64,000 nt of DNA from an uncultured delta proteobacterium. Lineage in GTDB: Bacteria; Myxococcota_A; Polyangia; Palsa-1104. A program made the translations under genes and the position numbers. The notes under the pieces are model-generated. The model ran no database searches. It saw nothing but the letters and a program-made list of their open reading frames with translations, and was not told where the DNA came from. Location of the stretch: NCBI GenBank assembly GCA_963785725.1, contig CAWAWS010000015.1, positions 288,001 to 352,000 of the forward strand. The letters are read 5' to 3'. Below are positions 58,381-64,000 of the stretch, piece by piece. The number at the start of each line of letters is the position of its first letter. Position 1 is the stretch's first letter.

Positions 58381-60045
58381 TTACTTCGTCAGCACGAGCT
58401 GCAGCGGGAACTGCTCGTCGCCGTAGATGCACAGGCCGTGGGCGCGCGCGCCGGCCGGCACCTCCAGCCTGAGCACGTGGCGACCGCGGGGCAGGCGCGG
58501 CAGCGTTACGCGCTCGGCGCGACCGTGGCCGTCGTCGGGGATGACGTCGATGGGCGCGACGATGGTGTCGTCGACGCGAATGAGGACGCGCGAGCCGCCG
58601 TCGGCGGGCGCGCGATTGCCCGGCCACTCCGACGACAGGCGCGCGACCAACGTGGGCGAGGTCGCGCGCGGGAGGGTGAAGGCGTACTCGAACCAGCCGT
58701 CGCCGCCGCCGTAAGCGTGCGCGTCGGCGCCGCTGCCCCAGCTGCCGACGCGCTCCCAGCGCGCGCCGGCGAAGGCGCTCGGCGGGATTTCGATCGCGCC
58801 GTCGCGCAGGTGCTGATGCGGCGAGCGCGCTTCGGTGACGTACGGATCGTAGAGCAGCCGATCGCCGGCCGTGTCCGTCAGCCGCGGGTTGCGCGACGCC
58901 GGCGCCGCTTGCATGAGGCGCGCGTACTTTTGCATTTGCGCGCGCACGTCGTCGGTGTCGGCGCGGTCGACGTAGATGCCGAAGTCGCGCGCGTGGCCGG
59001 CCCACGGCTGGTAGATCCAGGCCAGCGCGCCGGCGGCGCCGTCGTAGACGGCGCGATCGAGGAAGCGGTCGAACCAGTCGGCGCGCGGGCGCGACAGCCA
59101 CTCGGCGCGATCGGTGTGAAAGCCGAACTCGCCGAAGACGATGGGCTTGTGCGCGACATGCTGCGCCAGCTGCACGCGATCGTCGATATAGGCTTGTAAG
59201 CGCGTCAACGAGGCCACGCGATCGGTCGTCTCCGGATACAAGTGGCTGTCGCAGTAATCGACCGACGGCAGCCGACACACGGCCAGCCACTCGGCGCGCT
59301 CTTGTCGCGACGTGTAGCCCATCACGCCCGGCGTCACGAGGTGATGGCCGTCGCGCGCCTTGATGAAGCGCGCCATCGACTCGATCCACTCGGCACGATC
59401 GGCTGCACCGGCCGGCGTCGCCACCATCGACTCGTTCATCAGCTCCCAGGCGAAGATGGTCGGATCGTCGACGTAGGCGACGCCGGTGATGCTGTTGACG
59501 CGGCCGAGCAGGTGCGTAAGGTGCGCGCGGTAAAAGGCGCGCGTGCGTTCGTCGCGGAAGAAGGCGTCGCGGTTGCCGAAGCCGTCGCTGGGCAGGCCGG
59601 CCCAGGCGAGATATTGGCGGATGCCGCCGAAGTCGTCCCAGTTGTTGGACAGCGTGATGATGACGCGCAGGCCGTGCTCGCGGGCGCTGGCGAGGACGCG
59701 ATCGAGCTGGCGGTCGGCGGCGTCGAGCCAGCGATCGGGCGCGACGCGGAACAGCTGGTACTGCTGCGACCACGGCGGCGACTGCGCGTCGCCTTCGCCG
59801 AGCGCCCAGATGCGGCCGACGGTCAGCCCGTCGGCGGCGGCGGCGGCGATGGTGTCGGCGGCGCGAGCGCGCGCTTGGCCGTGCATGACGTCGAGGTTGG
59901 CGCCGACGAAGGCGAACGGGCGGCCGCCGACGCTGAAGCGGCTGCCGTCGACGGTGACGAAGGCGCCGGCGGGGATGGCGGCAGCGGCAGTCGACCGAGC
60001 GCCGCCGAGCAGGCAAACCAACGTCGTGAGGGTGCGTAAATACAT
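58381..60045 (-). CDS. Secreted GH5 glycoside hydrolase (endo-beta-mannanase-like) with C-terminal beta-sandwich
   Basis: FVGAN, NNWDDFGG, DDPTIFAWELMNE (acid/base), HLYP, GEFG (nucleophile). Confidence 0.88.
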   Translation of the reverse strand: MYLRTLTTLVCLLGGARSTAAAAIPAGAFVTVDGSRFSVGGRPFAFVGANLDVMHGQARARAADTIAAAAADGLTVGRIWALGEGDAQSPPWSQQYQLFRVAPDRWLDAADRQLDRVLASAREHGLRVIITLSNNWDDFGGIRQYLAWAGLPSDGFGNRDAFFRDERTRAFYRAHLTHLLGRVNSITGVAYVDDPTIFAWELMNESMVATPAGAADRAEWIESMARFIKARDGHHLVTPGVMGYTSRQERAEWLAVCRLPSVDYCDSHLYPETTDRVASLTRLQAYIDDRVQLAQHVAHKPIVFGEFGFHTDRAEWLSRPRADWFDRFLDRAVYDGAAGALAWIYQPWAGHARDFGIYVDRADTDDVRAQMQKYARLMQAAPASRNPRLTDTAGDRLLYDPYVTEARSPHQHLRDGAIEIPPSAFAGARWERVGSWGSGADAHAYGGGDGWFEYAFTLPRATSPTLVARLSSEWPGNRAPADGGSRVLIRVDDTIVAPIDVIPDDGHGRAERVTLPRLPRGRHVLRLEVPAGARAHGLCIYGDEQFPLQLVLTK

Positions 60046-60063
60046 AGGTGCCTATATAAACGA

Positions 60064-60990
60064 TCAGGTTTTGACGATGGCGATGCGCGGGCCGATGGCC
60101 AGGTCGAGCTCGCTCGCGCGGAAGAGGTCGCCGTCGAGCGTGTAGCTGAGCGGCTCGGCGAAGCGGACGTGGACGCGCGTCGCCAGCCGGTCGACGTGCG
60201 GCTCGCCGCCGAGTGGCCGGCCGGTGACGACGCGCGGCAGCTGCAGCGCCATCGACGTCGTCGAGATGCCCGAGGCGACGAGGTGGAAGTGGCGCGGCTT
60301 TTGTCCCGCTTGCCAGGCGACGCGCATGCCGATGCCGACGTCGGGCACGACCGAGGCCACGAGCAGCCGATAGCGCGCGTCGGGCAGTCGCTCGCCGTCG
60401 ACGATGAGCTCGGTGACTGTGGGCGCGAACAGCCAGCCGGCGAACGGGCCTTGCACCAGCGACGACGCGGCCGTGCGCACCGCCAGCAGCGCCGCCCACG
60501 CCGGTCCCGGCGTCATCGAGTTGCGGTAGTAGGCCTCGAGGAAGCGCGCGCCCATCAACGACGCGCACAAGAAGCCGTAGCGGCCACCGACGGCGAGTAG
60601 GTCCTGATCGAACGTGGCGACGTGGCCGCCGCGCTGGGCGACGACGAGGCGCGCGGCCAGCTCTTCGGGGCGCCCGCGAATGCCGAGGTTGCCGGCGATG
60701 GTGTTGACGGTGCCGCCGCGCAGGATGGCAAAGCGCGGCAAGTTGTCGGGCCCGTATGCGCGCACGAGCTCGGTCAGCGTCGCCAGGTTGGTGCCGTCGC
60801 CGCCGCAGGCCGCGACGAGGTCGACGCCGTCGCCGGCGAGGCGGCGCGCGCACTCGGTCAGCTCGGCCGGCGTGTGCGTGACGACGACCTCGCCCAGCTC
60901 GCCGACGACGGCGCGCAGCCGCTGCACGAGGCCGGGCGCGCGCCGCACGCCGCGCGCGTTGGCATTGACGATCACCGCCAGCTTCGTCAT
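60064..60990 (-). CDS. Diacylglycerol/lipid kinase family protein
   Basis: IVNANA, GGDGT, GGTVNTIA, YTLDGD. Confidence 0.88.
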   Translation of the reverse strand: MTKLAVIVNANARGVRRAPGLVQRLRAVVGELGEVVVTHTPAELTECARRLAGDGVDLVAACGGDGTNLATLTELVRAYGPDNLPRFAILRGGTVNTIAGNLGIRGRPEELAARLVVAQRGGHVATFDQDLLAVGGRYGFLCASLMGARFLEAYYRNSMTPGPAWAALLAVRTAASSLVQGPFAGWLFAPTVTELIVDGERLPDARYRLLVASVVPDVGIGMRVAWQAGQKPRHFHLVASGISTTSMALQLPRVVTGRPLGGEPHVDRLATRVHVRFAEPLSYTLDGDLFRASELDLAIGPRIAIVKT

Positions 60991-60997
60991 GGGCGCG

Positions 60998-63331
60998 TCA
61001 CGGGTGGCTTAGGACGAAGTCGCAGCGCTCGACCCAATCGGCGGCGTCGAGGCGGGCGCCCGTTTCGGCGTTCGCGTCGGCGGCCAGCCGCGCAAAGCGC
61101 GACTTGGCGCCGGCGATGTCACCGGCGCGATAGTGCGAAACGGCCAGCACGCGCGCCTCTTCGCGATCGAAGCGCGCGTCCGGCAGCGGCTCTTTGGGCT
61201 GCCCGTTCGTGTCATACAGCGCCACGATGTCGGCGAAGCGGCCGCGATTGAAGAGCTGCTTGGCCAACAGATAACGATAGAGCGCGCGATCGGGATCGCC
61301 GTCGAGAAGGCCGCGCAAGCTCATGAGGTCGACGCTCGGGTCGCGCGTGCTCGCCGGCGCCACCAGCAGCTGCGTAAGCGCCGCGCGCGACGGACCGGCA
61401 GGCCAGCCGGCGACGAGGTGCTTGACCGTCAACAGGCGCGCCTGCGCTTCGTCGGCCGGCAGCTGCAACGCGCGCTGATAGCGGTCGCGCGCTTCGACGG
61501 CCTGGCCATCGAGCAGCGCCAGGTCGCCGAGCGCGGTCTCGGCGTGCGCGCGCAGGATGCCGTTGAGGTCGGGGCGCGCCAAGATGCGCGCGGCGTAGGC
61601 GCGCGCTTCTGGCCGCGCGTCGGCGGCGACGGTGGCGTCGAGCGCGTCGACGAGGCCGTCGACGTCGCGCGGATCGTCGGCGCACAGCTGATCGAAGAGC
61701 GCCAAGGCGCGCGCGCGGTCGCCTGCCTGCGCCGCCTGATGCGCCGCCTGCCGCGCCAGCGCCAACGCATGCGCGCAGGGCTTGCCGAACACGCTCGGAT
61801 GGCGCAGCCGGTCGAGCGCCAGCGCCACCTCCGACCGCGGCACCGGCTGCGCGTCGATCATCGCGAGCCACTGCGTGCGCAGCTCGCCGAAGCTGGCACC
61901 ATAGATGCGCCGGTAGCCGGCGTCGCTGCCGGCGTCGCGATAGAGCGCGGCCAGCTTGTCGGCGCCGCGCGTGTCGAGCAGAAAGCGGCAGAACGAGCCG
62001 GCGACGTTGTAGGCCTGACCGGCGTTGAGCCCGAAGAAGCGCGGCCCCATCGTCTGCGCCAGCGTGTTTTCGTCGATGACCTTGGCGTCGCGCAGCACTT
62101 TGACGACTTGATGCGGCGTCAGCGGCGAGCCTGCCCACGACGCGGCCACGGCCACGCCTTCGATGAGCCCGACGTTGACGTCGAGCCCGCGCCGCGAAAT
62201 GGCCAAGAGCGAGTCGCCGAAGCGGCCCGCGAACACGTGCGCCAGCTCGTGCATCAGCGTCGGCGCCGGCCAGCCTTCGTGCTGCAAGTAGACTTCGCGC
62301 CGCCACGGCTTGGCCACCATCGTGTGCGCCGCGCCCATGAGCGCCCGTTTTTGCCCGGCGTTGTCGAAGAGGAACGCGTGAATGGGCGCTTGCGGCGTCG
62401 CGCCGAAGAGTCGCGACAGCTGTTGCCAGCGCAGCTCGAAGTCGGCGGCATCGAGCGCGATCTGCTTGGCGTACGGCCCGTTCGGCGAGTAGTGCAGCAC
62501 GAAATGCTCGGTGTGCCGCTCGGCGCCGAGCGCGCGCGCGACGTCGTCGCCGTCGAGCTGAAAGCCGAGCTGCGCCCGGCGCGCGTGCAGCGCTGCCGCG
62601 GCGAGCCCGCAGCCGACGACGACGAGCGCGATGCGCAGGCGGCCTTGCCAGCGCAGTCGCGCCGCCAGCGTCTTGCCGTCGAGCAAGAGCGCCATCGTCG
62701 CCAGCGCGGTCGCGGCCAAGGTCGCGTGATAGAGCCGCGCCCAGCCGAAGGCGGCGGAAATGGCGAGCTCCTCGTCGTACAGAGAGCCGGCGAAGTAGCC
62801 GACGAACGGGTCATAGCCGAAGATGGGCGGCGCCGAATAGAAGCGCCAAACGCCCCACACGATCGACCCGAAGACGCCGGCGAGCGCCAGAAGCGACGGC
62901 GACAGCGCCCGCTGCCAGGGTCGTACGAGGGCGATCGTCGTGCCGAGCGCCGTGCCCATCGTCGCCGACAAGAGCGGCAACAGGGCGAACCAGGCGAGGC
63001 CGGCCGAGAAGTCGCAGTTGCGGACCCGCAGCGCGTTGGCCGTCACGAGGCCGAGCGGCACCAGCAACAGCAGCCACGACGCGGCCACGTTTCCCGCGTA
63101 AAGCCGTGCGACAGTAGCACCTGGGTGGGCGGCGGCGGCCGTGGCCGCGGACGGCGCGCGGCTCGATCGGGCGGCCACCGTGCGCGCCGCCGCCAGCTGC
63201 GCCGCGGCGAACGAGACGGCGACCGCCAGCACCAGCGACCATTCGTAGCCGAGGACATTGAACAGCGGCACAAAGCAGAGCGCGCCGGCTAAAACGGCCA
63301 GCAGCACGGCCCAGATTCGGAAGGCGTCCAC
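60998..63331 (-). CDS. Membrane protein with gluzincin-type peptidase domain and TPR-like C-terminus
   Basis: About 7 N-terminal TM helices; HELAH followed by IEGVA; Ala-rich helical repeats. GTG start at 63331. Confidence 0.75.
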   Translation of the reverse strand: MDAFRIWAVLLAVLAGALCFVPLFNVLGYEWSLVLAVAVSFAAAQLAAARTVAARSSRAPSAATAAAAHPGATVARLYAGNVAASWLLLLVPLGLVTANALRVRNCDFSAGLAWFALLPLLSATMGTALGTTIALVRPWQRALSPSLLALAGVFGSIVWGVWRFYSAPPIFGYDPFVGYFAGSLYDEELAISAAFGWARLYHATLAATALATMALLLDGKTLAARLRWQGRLRIALVVVGCGLAAAALHARRAQLGFQLDGDDVARALGAERHTEHFVLHYSPNGPYAKQIALDAADFELRWQQLSRLFGATPQAPIHAFLFDNAGQKRALMGAAHTMVAKPWRREVYLQHEGWPAPTLMHELAHVFAGRFGDSLLAISRRGLDVNVGLIEGVAVAASWAGSPLTPHQVVKVLRDAKVIDENTLAQTMGPRFFGLNAGQAYNVAGSFCRFLLDTRGADKLAALYRDAGSDAGYRRIYGASFGELRTQWLAMIDAQPVPRSEVALALDRLRHPSVFGKPCAHALALARQAAHQAAQAGDRARALALFDQLCADDPRDVDGLVDALDATVAADARPEARAYAARILARPDLNGILRAHAETALGDLALLDGQAVEARDRYQRALQLPADEAQARLLTVKHLVAGWPAGPSRAALTQLLVAPASTRDPSVDLMSLRGLLDGDPDRALYRYLLAKQLFNRGRFADIVALYDTNGQPKEPLPDARFDREEARVLAVSHYRAGDIAGAKSRFARLAADANAETGARLDAADWVERCDFVLSHP

Positions 63332-63390
63332 TTTCAACTTTATACTCTCGCTTCTTTCGCATAGCCTGTTCGGCCAAGGCACGCAATCCA

Positions 63391-63828
63391 ATGTCCGACG
63401 ACGAACGCCGCGAACAGCTGCGTGTCCCAATCCAGCTCAAGGTCGAATACAAGAAGCTGAACACCTTCTTCGCCGACTACACCAAGAACATCTGCAAGGG
63501 CGGCACGTTCATTCGCACCAAGAAGCCGCTCGATTTGGGCACCGTGTTCGTGTTCCAGCTGGGCGTGCCCAAGCTGAAGGAGCCGCTGGAGATCCGCGGC
63601 GAAGTGAAGTGGGTCAAGCGCGAAGGGCAGCCGTCGCCGCCGGGCGTGTCCGAGGATCACGAGCCGGGCATGGGCATTCGCTTCATTTACGACGATCCGG
63701 GCGAGCGCGAGCGGCTCGAAGGCGCGGTCGAGAAGATGATGATCGACTCGCTGGGCCAGCTCCTGTATTCGAAGCTGATGGGCAAAGGCAGCGGTCCGAG
63801 TGGAAGCGGCGGCAACGGCAACGGCTGA
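63391..63828 (+). CDS. PilZ-domain protein (myxobacterial TIGR02266-like)
   Basis: REQLR, FFADYTKNICKGGTFIRT, GEVKW, PGMGIRF. Confidence 0.9.
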   Translation: MSDDERREQLRVPIQLKVEYKKLNTFFADYTKNICKGGTFIRTKKPLDLGTVFVFQLGVPKLKEPLEIRGEVKWVKREGQPSPPGVSEDHEPGMGIRFIYDDPGERERLEGAVEKMMIDSLGQLLYSKLMGKGSGPSGSGGNGNG

Positions 63829-64000
63829 GCCGCGTCGGGCCTGGTGGCGCTATGCGGCGCCGAACCTGGTCACGGCGACGAGCATCGTCTTCGGCGTCTT
63901 GGCGGTGGTGGCGGCGATCGACGGCCATCCCGTCGCCGCGGCGTGGTGGGCGCTGTATTGCACGCTGACCGATCGCGTCGACGGCGCGCTGGCCAAGGCG
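63800..64000 (+). CDS. pssA: CDP-alcohol phosphatidyltransferase (PssA-like), 3'-truncated by window edge
   Basis: Open frame reading YAAPNLVTATSIVFG...TDRVDGALAK (PNxxT and DxxDG motifs). Confidence 0.72.
   Translation, partial: MEAAATATAEPRRAWWRYAAPNLVTATSIVFGVLAVVAAIDGHPVAAAWWALYCTLTDRVDGALAKA

Noticed and set aside
1..64000. CRISPR arrays, tRNA/rRNA genes, transposases, integrases, prophage or defence genes
   Set aside because: None recognised by eye; no regularly spaced repeats or matching protein motifs.

Overview
High-GC bacterial DNA, most likely Myxococcota (Polyangia-like), judged from TIGR02266-type PilZ proteins, an AgmX/PglI-like protein, Cys-rich lipoproteins and a myxobacterial-style SctJ. 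The left part holds rlmB (partial), a WsfD-like membrane protein, ppdK, two large lipoproteins, a SPOR protein, mutS, two tandem aldehyde dehydrogenases, an orphan sctJ near a FliA-like sigma factor, thrB and a MacAB-type ABC exporter. About 23 kb (28.8-52.0 kb) is a cobalamin locus: btuCFD-like uptake, cobS, cobU, a B12 riboswitch and a Cbi-type biosynthesis operon ending in a BluB-CobT fusion. The right part holds hydrolases, a GH5, a lipid kinase, a membrane metallopeptidase-like protein, PilZ genes and partial pssA. Many genes carry single-base indels, most likely long-read assembly errors. The most unusual signal is a family of three related 'MSER-x-RA' mini-ORFs that overlap the upstream stop and downstream start (RTGA) at both ends; two contain a hairpin that hides the downstream start codon. 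Also notable: a recurrent TANNNT-N5-8-start (leaderless-type) architecture, no cbiJ in an otherwise near-complete B12 operon that has several unassigned genes, and two probable CTG starts. All family assignments come from motif recognition, not database searches.
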